Below are positions 28,589 to 38,467 of a stretch of DNA of 64,000 nt, piece by piece. Numbering within the stretch: position 1 is the stretch's first letter; every line of letters starts with the position of its first letter. The stretch lies in the NCBI GenBank assembly GCA_041690295.1, contig JAWLHR010000003.1, positions 128,001-192,000 of the forward strand, read 5' to 3'. Made by a program: the position numbers and the translations under genes. The notes under the pieces were generated by a model that saw nothing but the letters and a program-made list of their open reading frames with translations, was not told the origin of the DNA and ran no database searches. The DNA is from Bdellovibrionales bacterium (GTDB lineage: Bacteria; Bdellovibrionota; Bdellovibrionia; Bdellovibrionales; UBA1609).

Positions 28589-29170
28589 TTACCAAGGTGA
28601 CGGGTGACGATCTTCGCTGGCGGGAGCGGGCCAAATCGCCAGCGTGATCACCATGGCGCCAAGAAGAAGTCCGAAGGCCAAAGGTGATCCTAATTTCAGG
28701 ATCAACATGTGCGCGCGGGTCACGGCCACCAAAGCGCCGGCAATAACCGAGCAAATGATCAATGCGATGGACCGGGAATGAGTTTTCGCCACGACTTGAA
28801 AGAACCAACCGAATGCCAGCCCAGCTGTCACGGCCGGTGGTGTGAGTAAAAGAGCGCCCAACCAGGTACCGGTCAATGAAGTGAACGCGCGACTCTCAAT
28901 CCATCGCAAAAGAAAGTAAGCCAAACCATGGGCGACCAGAACGCCCAATCCCGCGGCCCGTAACCAATGTTCAGCGCTGGTCGCCGGACGCGAGTCTATG
29001 ATGTAAACCGCGATCAGAATCGTAATCAAAAGCAAATAAAGATGAACAAAAAGCGCGGTTTGCGGGTGAGCGCAAATCAATACCATTTTACCGAGGAAAA
29101 GCGTTTGCATCCCCAGATATCCAAGTCCCACCAGAAAGGCGCCGCACATTGGACGAAGTGTCATAAACAC
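28589..29170 (-). CDS. Polytopic membrane protein (about 6 TM)
   Basis: Hydrophobic throughout; LGLGY...HP..ALF and P....G.AF patterns recall the C-terminal membrane half of MFS/spermidine-synthase-like fusions. Confidence 0.6.
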   Translation of the reverse strand: MFMTLRPMCGAFLVGLGYLGMQTLFLGKMVLICAHPQTALFVHLYLLLITILIAVYIIDSRPATSAEHWLRAAGLGVLVAHGLAYFLLRWIESRAFTSLTGTWLGALLLTPPAVTAGLAFGWFFQVVAKTHSRSIALIICSVIAGALVAVTRAHMLILKLGSPLAFGLLLGAMVITLAIWPAPASEDRHPSPW

Positions 29171-29209
29171 ATCTCATAGACTTCAGCGAACACTGTCAAT
29201 TGGACCGGA

Positions 29210-30535
29210 CTAAGGTCGGAGTTTGGCGCGCCGACGGACGCGATCCAATTGAAGGCGAGCTTCTTCCATTACGGCGGCATGATCATAAATTAAATGGCGG
29301 CCATCGGCGACGATCGGACGACCGTTTATCCAGACGTGGCTCACATCCCGTCCGGTGCTCGAATAAACCAGAGCGGAATAGGGATTCTCCACCGGGCAGT
29401 GCGCGGGATGTTTTCGACTCACGATGACCACATCCGCCCGTTTGCCGGGTTCAAGTGAACCAATTCGGTCTTCCGCGCCAAGCGCTTTGGCGCCAGCCAA
29501 AGTGGCCATTTCAAAAGCGTCCCTTGCGGGCAGGGCTTTCCCGCCGAACAAAGGTTTTTGCAGAAGAGCGGCCAAGCGCATTTCCATGAAGGGATCCATC
29601 ATATTGTTGCAAGGGGCGCCGTCCGCTCCGAGAGCCACGGTGATTTTTTTTCGCCGGTACTCGGCCACTTTCGCGATCCCGCTCGCGAGCTTTAAGTTGG
29701 AGCTGGGACAGTGAACGATCGCCGTGCGCGCCCGCGCGATGTCGGAAATCTCCCGCGATGTCAGATGGATCCCATGGGCGAGAACGGTGTGCCTTCCCAA
29801 GGCGCCGATCTTTCTTAAATAACGAACGTTATCAAGGCCGGTGCGCTTTTTGACCAGCGCCACTTCATCTTTATTTTCCGAGGCGTGGGTGTGGAACAAG
29901 AGTTGGTGTTCCCGCTGGAGCCGCAATGATTCCAAAAGAAGCTTTTCCGTGCACGAAATCACAAAGCGGGGACTGACCGCATAGTGAATTAAGGGGTTGC
30001 GGCCATGCCATTCGTCGATCAACTTTCGCGAGTAAGCCAGTGTGTCTTCCGTGGAGCGAAAGAGAGGGCCCGAGGAGCCCTTTCGGTCCATCAGGCAATT
30101 TCCGCCCCAGTAGCGCATGCCGGATTTTTCCGCCTCTTCGAAAACCGCTTCATGTAAATCGACCGTGCCCATGTCGAGGATTGAAGTTGTTCCCGCAAGT
30201 TGCATTTCCAGCAAACCCAGCCTGGCGGACGCGCGCAGACTGGCTTCATCATGGGCCTTTTCCAACGGCCAAATGCGAAGACGCAGCCATTGTAGAAGTT
30301 CAAGATCGTCCGCCCAACCACGGAATAATGTTTGGCAGAGATGAGTGTGGGCCTGAATCAAACCGGGTATGACAAAACCGTTTTGAGCATCGACGATCGT
30401 TTCGCCGGCCCGCGGTTGCAGATGCGGCGCGATCTCCGCGATCGTCCCGTCCTTCAGGCGGATATCGCCGTGAACGATTTCCCGCTTTTTGTTCATGGTG
30501 ACGATCACGCCACCTTGGATCAAAACCGAACTCAT
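29210..30535 (-). CDS. Amidohydrolase (5'-deoxyadenosine/MTA-SAH deaminase family)
   Basis: PGLIQAHTHL, HTHASE, HCPSSNLKLASG, LGADG. Confidence 0.85.
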   Translation of the reverse strand: MSSVLIQGGVIVTMNKKREIVHGDIRLKDGTIAEIAPHLQPRAGETIVDAQNGFVIPGLIQAHTHLCQTLFRGWADDLELLQWLRLRIWPLEKAHDEASLRASARLGLLEMQLAGTTSILDMGTVDLHEAVFEEAEKSGMRYWGGNCLMDRKGSSGPLFRSTEDTLAYSRKLIDEWHGRNPLIHYAVSPRFVISCTEKLLLESLRLQREHQLLFHTHASENKDEVALVKKRTGLDNVRYLRKIGALGRHTVLAHGIHLTSREISDIARARTAIVHCPSSNLKLASGIAKVAEYRRKKITVALGADGAPCNNMMDPFMEMRLAALLQKPLFGGKALPARDAFEMATLAGAKALGAEDRIGSLEPGKRADVVIVSRKHPAHCPVENPYSALVYSSTGRDVSHVWINGRPIVADGRHLIYDHAAVMEEARLQLDRVRRRAKLRP

Positions 30536-31356
30536 AAAACGGACTTCAACTTTTTAACAAAATTCACAAGTGCGCGCGCGAAAACTTTTTCAACCTTTTG
30601 CGCGACCTCTTTCACTTCCTCGTGATTTAACTTGTGGCGGGTCAATCCGGTGCCCAGATTGGTGATGCAGCTCAGACCCGCCACGCGAAGACCCGCGTGT
30701 CGCGCGGCGATCACTTCCGCTACCGTGGACATGCCCACGGCCCCACCGCCGATTTTACTGTAGAATTGAATTTCGGCGGCGGTTTCATAGGTCGGACCCA
30801 TCACGCCCACATAAACTCCTTCGAAGACCCGGGCTTTCTCGGAACGAAAAGAATCCTTCAGCATTTTCCGCAAATTTTTGTCATAAGGATCGGTCATGTC
30901 CACGAACCGAGGACCCCGCTCCCAATTGGGCCCGCGCAACGGGTTGCATCCGGTGAGGTTGATATGGTCTTTGATCACCATGAAATCGCCCGGTTTCATC
31001 ACCCGCTTCAAACCGCCGGCGGCGTTGGTGACGACCAGGTTTTCGATCCCCAGCTTGGCCAAAGCTCGCACGGGATAAATCACATCACTGTAATCATGTC
31101 CTTCATAGGCATGTAAGCGGCCTTGCATGACCGCCACTTCAATTCCAGCAAGGCGACCAAGAACCAATCGCCCGGGATGACCAGACACGGACGTTTTGGC
31201 GAAATGCGGGAGGTCGTTGAATGGAATGGAAACTGGATTTTCAATTTGGTCGGCGAAGTTGGCGAGCCCCGAACCCAATATAAATCCCAGGCGCGGTGAA
31301 TGGTCGGACTTCTGGCGAATGTGACGAACGGTTTCTTCGAGCTTTTGGTCGATCAT
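30532..31356 (-). CDS. punA: Purine nucleoside phosphorylase
   Basis: ILGSGL, GRLHAYEG, GPTYETAAE, VGMSTV. Confidence 0.93.
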   Translation of the reverse strand: MIDQKLEETVRHIRQKSDHSPRLGFILGSGLANFADQIENPVSIPFNDLPHFAKTSVSGHPGRLVLGRLAGIEVAVMQGRLHAYEGHDYSDVIYPVRALAKLGIENLVVTNAAGGLKRVMKPGDFMVIKDHINLTGCNPLRGPNWERGPRFVDMTDPYDKNLRKMLKDSFRSEKARVFEGVYVGVMGPTYETAAEIQFYSKIGGGAVGMSTVAEVIAARHAGLRVAGLSCITNLGTGLTRHKLNHEEVKEVAQKVEKVFARALVNFVKKLKSVL

Positions 31357-32666
31357 GTGATTACCTTCGCGATGAGCGGTGCGGCGGCGCTCGGTTGATG
31401 CTCGATCACATAACTATTTTCAATTTCGTTAAGCGCGAGATTCAATCCGTGATCCAGATTGTAATGAATATCCATGAGCCGATCACCCGTCTTCACCGGA
31501 GCTCCATTCTGGCAGTACACTTCAATTCCCGCCGCGTGATCGATGGGATCTCCCTTTAAGCGGCGACCGGCGCCCAGATGAATACAGGCGTTCCCAACTC
31601 GTTCAAGATCGGTAAAGCGGAAATAACCATCGCGCTTCGCGGTGATCGTGTGGACTTTTTTGGCCACGGGAAATGATTCTGGAAGGCGTCCGTTTTGGGC
31701 CTGACAAAGCTCTTCGAATTTGCGCAACGCCGATCCGTTATTCACCAGATCGCGCGCCAGTAAGCGGGCTTCTTCCAAATTCTGGGATTTTCCGCCGAGG
31801 TGGATCATGTGAGCGGACAATTCCAAACTCAGTTCCAGCGTGTCGGAGTAATCCTTGCCGGGCGCGGAACTTTTATGGCCCTTTAAGATGTCCAGACATT
31901 CGCGCACTTCCAATACGTTGCCGACAAAGCGGCCGAGCGGTTCATCCATGCGGGTCAGGAACACGGCGATTTTTTTGCCAAAGCCTTCGCCGACCTCTTT
32001 CAAGCTTCGCGCGAGCGCCTCGGCCTCGGGCAGAGTTTTCATGAAGGCGCCGGATCCGAATTTCACGTCGAGAACCAGAGCGGAGATGCCTTCCGCCAGT
32101 TTTTTAGAGAGAATGCTCCCGCAGATCAGAGGGATGGACTCCACAGTGCCGGTCACATCGCGAAGCGCGTAGAGTTTGCGGTCCGCCGGACAAATTTCTT
32201 CACTCTGTCCGATGATGGCTGTTCCCACGGTCTCCAACTGCTTAATAAATCTCTCCGTCGACAATTGAACTTGAAAACCGGGAATGCTTTCGAGTTTGTC
32301 CAAGGTGCCGCCGGTGAAAGCCAGGGCGCGACCCGCCATCATCGGCACCGGAACGCCCGCCGCCGCGACCAAAGGGGCGATGATTAAACTGGTTTTATCG
32401 CCGATGCCCCCGGTGCTGTGTTTGTCAACCGGTGATGGAAACCGGCTCAAATCCAGCACCACGCCGGAGTCACGCATCTCCTGAGTCAGCCAGACTGTTT
32501 CTTCCATTGAAAGTCCGCGCCAGCAAACCGCCATCAACCAGGCGGCCATCTGATAATCCGGAATGCGGTTCTGCGTGAATTCACGGATCAAAAATTGAAC
32601 TTCTTTTTGATCGTGGCGGCCGCCATCGCGTTTTTTGCGAATCAGCGCGGCGGGAATAAAGGTCAT
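31353..32666 (-). CDS. pdp: Thymidine/pyrimidine-nucleoside phosphorylase
   Basis: DKHSTGGIGDK, GGTLDKLESIPG, LDVKFGSGAFMK. Confidence 0.9.
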   Translation of the reverse strand: MTFIPAALIRKKRDGGRHDQKEVQFLIREFTQNRIPDYQMAAWLMAVCWRGLSMEETVWLTQEMRDSGVVLDLSRFPSPVDKHSTGGIGDKTSLIIAPLVAAAGVPVPMMAGRALAFTGGTLDKLESIPGFQVQLSTERFIKQLETVGTAIIGQSEEICPADRKLYALRDVTGTVESIPLICGSILSKKLAEGISALVLDVKFGSGAFMKTLPEAEALARSLKEVGEGFGKKIAVFLTRMDEPLGRFVGNVLEVRECLDILKGHKSSAPGKDYSDTLELSLELSAHMIHLGGKSQNLEEARLLARDLVNNGSALRKFEELCQAQNGRLPESFPVAKKVHTITAKRDGYFRFTDLERVGNACIHLGAGRRLKGDPIDHAAGIEVYCQNGAPVKTGDRLMDIHYNLDHGLNLALNEIENSYVIEHQPSAAAPLIAKVIT

Positions 32667-33346
32667 CGATGCAAACCCTCCTGAACGGCTTGATTCATGA
32701 TGTGAACACCCGAGCTGGTGCCGATGCGAGTGGCGCCGGCGTCAACCATCTTCATTAACGTGGCCAGATCGCGAACGCCTCCGCTGGCCTTCACGCCGAT
32801 GCGCTCGCTGACCGATTTCCGCATCAAACTCACCCACTCCGTTGTCGCGCCATCCGGACCGAACCCCGTTGAGGTTTTAACGAAATCCGCGCCCGCGTCC
32901 TCACAGATCTTGCAGCCTTCGATGATCTCCTGGCGGGTGAGGAAACAAGTTTCCAATATGACTTTCATTACGCGGTCGCGCGCGGCCTTACGAACATTAG
33001 TCAGTTCGTCCGCGATCAATCGCCAGTTTCCGTCGCGGGCGGCGCCGATATTAATCACCACGTCGATCTCATGCGCCCCATCGGCGAGCGCGCGGACCGT
33101 CTCAAGCGTTTTGATTTCCATTCGATTGGCGCCAAGTGGAAAGCCGATCACGGTGCCGACTTTCACCGGCGTGTCCTTGAGATGCTGAGCCGCCTGGGCC
33201 ACGCGATAGGGTTCCACGCAAACCGAGGCGAAGTTAAATTGCGCGGCCTCCAGGCAGAGTTTTTCAATTTCTTCTTGTTTGGCGTCCGGTTTGAGTAAGG
33301 TGTGATCAATCAGAGCGGCGAGCGCGCTTTGCGTTAGGCGGAGCAT
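32663..33346 (-). CDS. deoC: Deoxyribose-phosphate aldolase
   Basis: IDHTLLKP, GFPLG, FVKTSTGF, VKASGG, RIGTS. Confidence 0.96.
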   Translation of the reverse strand: MLRLTQSALAALIDHTLLKPDAKQEEIEKLCLEAAQFNFASVCVEPYRVAQAAQHLKDTPVKVGTVIGFPLGANRMEIKTLETVRALADGAHEIDVVINIGAARDGNWRLIADELTNVRKAARDRVMKVILETCFLTRQEIIEGCKICEDAGADFVKTSTGFGPDGATTEWVSLMRKSVSERIGVKASGGVRDLATLMKMVDAGATRIGTSSGVHIMNQAVQEGLHR

Positions 33347-33388
33347 AAAGTCCTTTCCAAACTACCTTGGTCATCCTACCTTTGTAAA

Positions 33389-33688
33389 ATGGAGGATCAA
33401 ACCAAACACTACTTGATTTCAGGAAGAGTGCAAGGTGTGGGATTTCGAATGTTTGTTCACTCCAGAGCACGGGAGCTTGGCCTGAAGGGGTGGGTCCGCA
33501 ATTTGGCTGACGGACGAGTCGAAGCCGTCGCCCGCGGTTCCGCTGATCAATTGAAGCCATTTGAAAACGCCATCAGGACAGGTCCCTCGCGCGCCATCGT
33601 CGAAAGCGTGGTGACCGCCGATTGGAATCAATCATCCGAGTTCGCGGATTTCACCGTGGAGAGAGACGGAGCCGAACCATGTTCATAA
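33389..33688 (+). CDS. acyP: Acylphosphatase
   Basis: GRVQGVGFR, GWVRNLADGRVE. Confidence 0.93.
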   Translation: MEDQTKHYLISGRVQGVGFRMFVHSRARELGLKGWVRNLADGRVEAVARGSADQLKPFENAIRTGPSRAIVESVVTADWNQSSEFADFTVERDGAEPCS

Positions 33689-34062
33689 GAAGTTTTTTAA
33701 TTATTCTGGCAATCACTGTGGCGATCGGTTCCGTTCCGGCGTTCGCGCAGCGGACCGACAAAGCCAACCAATCCGTCTCGCAAGGGCCCCGCCGCCACTT
33801 GGCGAATATCGTTTTCGCGGGTCTTGCCGGCGCGGTGCTGGGACTATCCACATTGAGCTTTTACGGACGTCCGCAGGATCGCTTGTCGAATATCGCGGTG
33901 GGTTTCGCCGTGGGCGTGATCGCGGGAACGCTTTATTCCACCTACAAAGCGGCGGCAGAACCGAGGGAATTTTACGGGCTCTCGCAGCTGAACATGACTC
34001 ATCCGCTCTTATTCACCGATCAAAACCCGGTTCCGCAAGCGCGGTTCACATTCGAGTTCTAA
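33679..34062 (+). CDS. Exported/membrane hypothetical protein with glycine-zipper-like helices
   Basis: Signal peptide (AFA), GLAGAVLG and GFAVGVIAG. Confidence 0.65.
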   Translation: MFIRSFLIILAITVAIGSVPAFAQRTDKANQSVSQGPRRHLANIVFAGLAGAVLGLSTLSFYGRPQDRLSNIAVGFAVGVIAGTLYSTYKAAAEPREFYGLSQLNMTHPLLFTDQNPVPQARFTFEF

Positions 34063-34064
34063 GA

Positions 34065-35264
34065 TTATTTGATTTTTCTAATCAGATTGCCGGCGATGCC
34101 ACCGCCCGCCGCCGGTTTGGCCGATGATTTATCATCGACGCCGTGGATGACCAAACCGCTGTCTTTAGCGATGCCCGCCACCTTCACGGTATTGGCTGGA
34201 GTCTGGTTGGCGTTGAAGGTCGCCTCTTTCTTTTGTTTTTTCCCCAGGAAAGTATCGGCGACGAGTTTGTCGATTTTGCCTTCTTGCACCAATTTGTTCA
34301 GGTGAAATTCGAAGGTCATCATTCCCATATCCATTTGCGTTTGCATGATGGACGGAATCTGGTGGGTCTTCGACTCGCGAATCAAGTTGGCGACGGCGTG
34401 GGTGTTGGTCAACACTTCATAAGCCGCGACCCGACCCGGTTTGTCGACGCGGGGAAAGAGTGATTGCGCGATCACGCCGCGCAAACTTTCCGACAGCATG
34501 GTTCGGACCTGAGCTTGTTGTGACTGCGGGAAAACGTCGATGATACGATCCACGGTTTTGGGAGCGTTGTTGGTGTGAAGAGTTCCAAACACCAAGTGTC
34601 CGGTTTCAGCGGCGGTCATCGCGAGCTGAATCGTCTCCAAGTCACGCAACTCACCCACAAGGATGATGTCGGGGTCTTCACGAAGCGCGGCTTTCAGCGC
34701 GTTCGCGAAGGATTTGGTGTGGCTGCTGACCTCACGCTGATTGATGAGCGACATTTTGTTTTCGTGAACGAACTCGATCGGATCTTCAATGGTGATGATG
34801 TGTTCTTTTCTCGAAGTATTGATCTCGTGGATCAAGGCCGCGAGTGTGGTCGATTTACCGGATCCGGTGGGGCCGGTCACCAGCACCAAGCCTCGGGGCG
34901 TGTCAATCATGTCCAGAATCATCGAGGGAAGGTTCAATTCCTTGGCGCTTTTGATGTTCTCGGGAATCACCCGAAAGACGCCGCCCATACCTCGTCGTTG
35001 CATGAACACGTTCACCCTGAAGCGTCCCAACCCTTTGACATGGTAGGAAGTATCGAGCTCCCACTGCTCCATGAACGAGCGTTTTTGTTTTTCGGTGATG
35101 ATTTCAAATATCAATGCTTGGATGGCTTCGTTTTCCAGTGCCGGCATATTCAAGGCCACCATTTCGCCGTGAATACGGAAATAGGGTTGGCTTCCGGCGG
35201 AGAGGTGCATGTCAGAAGCGCTTTTCTCGATCATCAGCTTGAACAATTTATCAATCTCAGCCAT
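34065..35264 (-). CDS. pilT: Type IV pilus retraction ATPase PilT
   Basis: GPTGSGKSTT, TIEDPIE, LREDPD, TLHTN, AVANLIRE. Confidence 0.92.
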   Translation of the reverse strand: MAEIDKLFKLMIEKSASDMHLSAGSQPYFRIHGEMVALNMPALENEAIQALIFEIITEKQKRSFMEQWELDTSYHVKGLGRFRVNVFMQRRGMGGVFRVIPENIKSAKELNLPSMILDMIDTPRGLVLVTGPTGSGKSTTLAALIHEINTSRKEHIITIEDPIEFVHENKMSLINQREVSSHTKSFANALKAALREDPDIILVGELRDLETIQLAMTAAETGHLVFGTLHTNNAPKTVDRIIDVFPQSQQAQVRTMLSESLRGVIAQSLFPRVDKPGRVAAYEVLTNTHAVANLIRESKTHQIPSIMQTQMDMGMMTFEFHLNKLVQEGKIDKLVADTFLGKKQKKEATFNANQTPANTVKVAGIAKDSGLVIHGVDDKSSAKPAAGGGIAGNLIRKIK

Positions 35265-35343
35265 GTCAATTTATTCGGATTATTGGCCTGTGCCCTTGAA
35301 CGCGGAGCTTGTGGCTGGACCTAAGTTTGGATAAACTTGGGCG

Positions 35344-36867
35344 ATGGCCGCAGAAATCTTAATCAATGCCCGCCCCAATCTCACCCGCGTGGCCTACATC
35401 CAAGATGGCGAGCTGAACGACCTTAAAATCGAACGCAAAGGGTCTCCGACCTTGGTCGGGTCCATTTATCGAGGGCGCGTGGTTCGCGTACTGCCGGGAA
35501 TGCAGGCGGCTTTCGTGGATATCGGTCTGGATCGTGCGGCGTTCCTCTATGTCGCCGACGTGCGCACCGACCTTGAGTCGGGACCACGTCTGTATCTGGA
35601 TCACGACGAAGACGAAAACTCCACCTTGAACGAAAAAGAGGAAACCCATCAGGCCCATATCCAGGATCTGCTGCATGAGGGCCAGATCATCATGGTGCAG
35701 GTCGCGAAAGACCCGTTGGGCACCAAAGGCGCCAGGATCACCACGCACATCTCGCTTGCGGGCCGTCATCTCGTTTACATGCCCACCATCGACCATCTTG
35801 GAATTTCACGCCGGATCGAAAACGAACAGGAGCGTGAGCGATTGAAGAAACTGGTCGAGCAATTGAAGCCGAAGGGCGGTGTGATCATTCGCACGGCCTG
35901 CGAGGGCGCGAGTCTCGAGGACTTGAGCAATGACCTCGATTATCTCAACCGGATGTGGACCGAGATCGAAAAATCATTCGAAAAGAAAAAATCACCGGGT
36001 TTAATTCACGCCGAGATCGACGTGGAGTTGCGGGCGCTCCGTGATCTTCTCAATGAGAAGGTGACCCGGGTGATCGTGGATGATCAAAAGGTTCATAAGA
36101 AAGTGCTGAACTTCATCAATCAGTTCATGCCCAAGCACAGCAAAGCCGTGATCCTGCACACCGGACCGGAGCCGCTGTTTGATCTTTATGACCTTGATTT
36201 GGAGATTTCCCGATCACTGGACCGGAAAATCTGGCTGAAATCCGGTGGCTATATCGTGATTGATGAAGCCGAAGCGTTGGTGGTTATCGACGTCAACACG
36301 GGTCGATTCGTCGGCAAAAAGGACCTTGAGGACACCATTCTCAAGACGAATCTTGAGGCCGTGAAAGAGATCGCCCACCAGCTGAAAATCCGAAATTGCG
36401 GCGGCATCATCATCATTGATTTCATCGATATGGAAAAAGCCGTGCATCGGGAGAAGGTTTTGTCCCAGCTTCAGCAGGAGCTGGCCAACGACATCGCCAA
36501 GACCACGGTGGTTTCGATGTCCGAGCTGGGGCTGGTGGAGATGACCCGGAAGCGGATTAGACCCAGCCTTGTTTCCTCGCTTTGCGAGCCTTGCACCTAT
36601 TGTGAGGGCAAGGGTTATATCAAGCGAAGAAGTACGGTTGCGCAGGAAATATTCGTGGCCCTCGAGCGCGAAGTTTTAAGGGGTAACGGCAAGGACGGCG
36701 CGAGCGCGATCGTGCGCTGCCATAGCGCGGTCGCGGATTGGATTTACGAGGAAGAGCAGGAGTCACTGGAAGCCATCGAAGCGAAAATCCAAAGGCGCGT
36801 CGTCTTCAAAGTCGAGCCCAACTACCACATTGAACAGTTCGAAATTGATCGAACGATCTCTTCTTAG
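35344..36867 (+). CDS. rng: Ribonuclease G (Rne/Rng family)
   Basis: S1 domain, IDVNTG, GGIIIIDFIDM, EMTRKR, CxxC. Confidence 0.9.
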   Translation: MAAEILINARPNLTRVAYIQDGELNDLKIERKGSPTLVGSIYRGRVVRVLPGMQAAFVDIGLDRAAFLYVADVRTDLESGPRLYLDHDEDENSTLNEKEETHQAHIQDLLHEGQIIMVQVAKDPLGTKGARITTHISLAGRHLVYMPTIDHLGISRRIENEQERERLKKLVEQLKPKGGVIIRTACEGASLEDLSNDLDYLNRMWTEIEKSFEKKKSPGLIHAEIDVELRALRDLLNEKVTRVIVDDQKVHKKVLNFINQFMPKHSKAVILHTGPEPLFDLYDLDLEISRSLDRKIWLKSGGYIVIDEAEALVVIDVNTGRFVGKKDLEDTILKTNLEAVKEIAHQLKIRNCGGIIIIDFIDMEKAVHREKVLSQLQQELANDIAKTTVVSMSELGLVEMTRKRIRPSLVSSLCEPCTYCEGKGYIKRRSTVAQEIFVALEREVLRGNGKDGASAIVRCHSAVADWIYEEEQESLEAIEAKIQRRVVFKVEPNYHIEQFEIDRTISS

Positions 36868-37352
36868 TAAGCCCGCTCCAGCGGTTCCGGCTGTCCTTCG
36901 AGCTTCAATTGATCCTCGTGTAAACTGTATTTGAGCGCGTGAATCTCCTCACCTAACGAAGCCTCGCATTCGACTTGATTTTGCTCATTGGTGATGGATT
37001 GGGGTTCAAGAAACGAAATCTTGCCGGAGGTCACCTCAACCTTGGTTTCGACGAAGGCGGAAGCCCGGCGCTGACCGTCCTTGGAGGTGCACTCGGTTAA
37101 GAGCCCGGCCTTATCTTTGCCGAAAAAGAAGGTGTAGCGGACGCTTTCTTCTCCGGACACCTGAACCGGGACACGCCAGGCTCCAAAGACCGATTTGGCC
37201 GATTTGGGGTAGGCATTTTTATAGTCGTCGACGGTCGCGACGGGCTCTGGGGGCGGCGTCGGGGCGGCTTTGGCGGAATCCCCTGATTTTTTGCACCCCG
37301 CCAGCAGGCCTACGGCTAAGGTCAAACCAACGATCAAAATGCGATTTGTCAT
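36864..37352 (-). CDS. Hypothetical lipoprotein
   Basis: Lipobox LLAGC, Pro-rich linker. Confidence 0.72.
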   Translation of the reverse strand: MTNRILIVGLTLAVGLLAGCKKSGDSAKAAPTPPPEPVATVDDYKNAYPKSAKSVFGAWRVPVQVSGEESVRYTFFFGKDKAGLLTECTSKDGQRRASAFVETKVEVTSGKISFLEPQSITNEQNQVECEASLGEEIHALKYSLHEDQLKLEGQPEPLERAY

Positions 37353-37583
37353 ATATCTATCCCCCTTCGGGCATACCCCTAACCAGCGAAAATCATTCCA
37401 TACCGCTCTCAGCTTAAAATGGCCTAAAATGGGGGTTCAGCGGCTTAATTTGTCACCTTGTCAGTGGGCGTTGCCGTTTTACGTAAGCCGCTAAAGCCAA
37501 GGGTTTAGAGGCTTGACACCCTAAGGCGTAGCATGGCAATCAGGTCTATTCCATTTTACGACAAGGCTCTGGAGGTATCCCAA

Positions 37584-38156
37584 ATGTACGCCATCATCAA
37601 AACGGGCGGTAAACAATACACCGTCAAACCCGGCGATATCGTTCGCGTTGAGAAATTAGATGCCGAGTTGGGGGCGGAATTAAACCTCAAGGACGTCTTG
37701 TTGGTCGGCGGTGAAAAAACTTATGTCGGCGAGAACATGGGAAATGCGGTGGTCACGGTGGTCGTCACCAATCAAGCCCGCGGACCCAAGGTTGTGATCT
37801 TCAAAAAGAAGCGCCGTCAAGGGTATCGCCGCACGGGTGGACATCGCCAGCCGTACACTGAGCTTTTCGTGAAGTCGATCACGACCCCGGAAGGTCAGAC
37901 GGAAAAAGCGGACTCCACGCCGGTGGTTTTCGATCCGGAAAAGAAAGCCGCGAAGAAAGCCAAGGCACAAGAAGTTCGCATGGCGAAAAAGGAGCGAAAG
38001 AACAAAGGTGAAACGGTGGAAGCCGCCGAACCCAAGGCGAAAAAAGCTTCCCCCAAAGCCAAAAAAGCGGCTGGCAAAAAAGCGGCGAGCGCCAAGCGCA
38101 AGACCGCGAAGAAGCCGGCGGCGAAAAAGGCCGGAGCCAAGAAGGCCAAAAAGTAA
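37584..38156 (+). CDS. rplU: 50S ribosomal protein L21 with Lys/Ala-rich C-terminal extension
   Basis: MYAIIKTGGKQY...GHRQPYT; SD GGAGG. Confidence 0.96.
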   Translation: MYAIIKTGGKQYTVKPGDIVRVEKLDAELGAELNLKDVLLVGGEKTYVGENMGNAVVTVVVTNQARGPKVVIFKKKRRQGYRRTGGHRQPYTELFVKSITTPEGQTEKADSTPVVFDPEKKAAKKAKAQEVRMAKKERKNKGETVEAAEPKAKKASPKAKKAAGKKAASAKRKTAKKPAAKKAGAKKAKK

Positions 38157-38173
38157 TCGGTAAGAGGTGAAGA

Positions 38174-38434
38174 ATGGCATCAAAAAAAGCAGCAGGTAGT
38201 ACAAAGAACGGACGGGACTCACAGAGTAAACGCCTCGGCGTTAAGCGATTCGGCGGACAGTTGGTTCGTCCCGGCACGATTTTGGTTCGCCAGCGCGGCA
38301 CCAAATTTTATGTCGGCCGCAATGTTCGCATGGGACGGGATCACACGATTTATTCGGTGATTGAAGGTCAGGTTAAATTCGAGCGCCTTAACAAAAGTAA
38401 GTTTAAGGTAAGTGTTTATCCGAAAGCCTCGTAA
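38174..38434 (+). CDS. rpmA: 50S ribosomal protein L27
   Basis: [23 protein letters not shown]. Confidence 0.97.
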   Translation: MASKKAAGSTKNGRDSQSKRLGVKRFGGQLVRPGTILVRQRGTKFYVGRNVRMGRDHTIYSVIEGQVKFERLNKSKFKVSVYPKAS

Positions 38435-38467
38435 TTTTGAATTCTTCAGCAGGTTCAGGTTTCGCGC

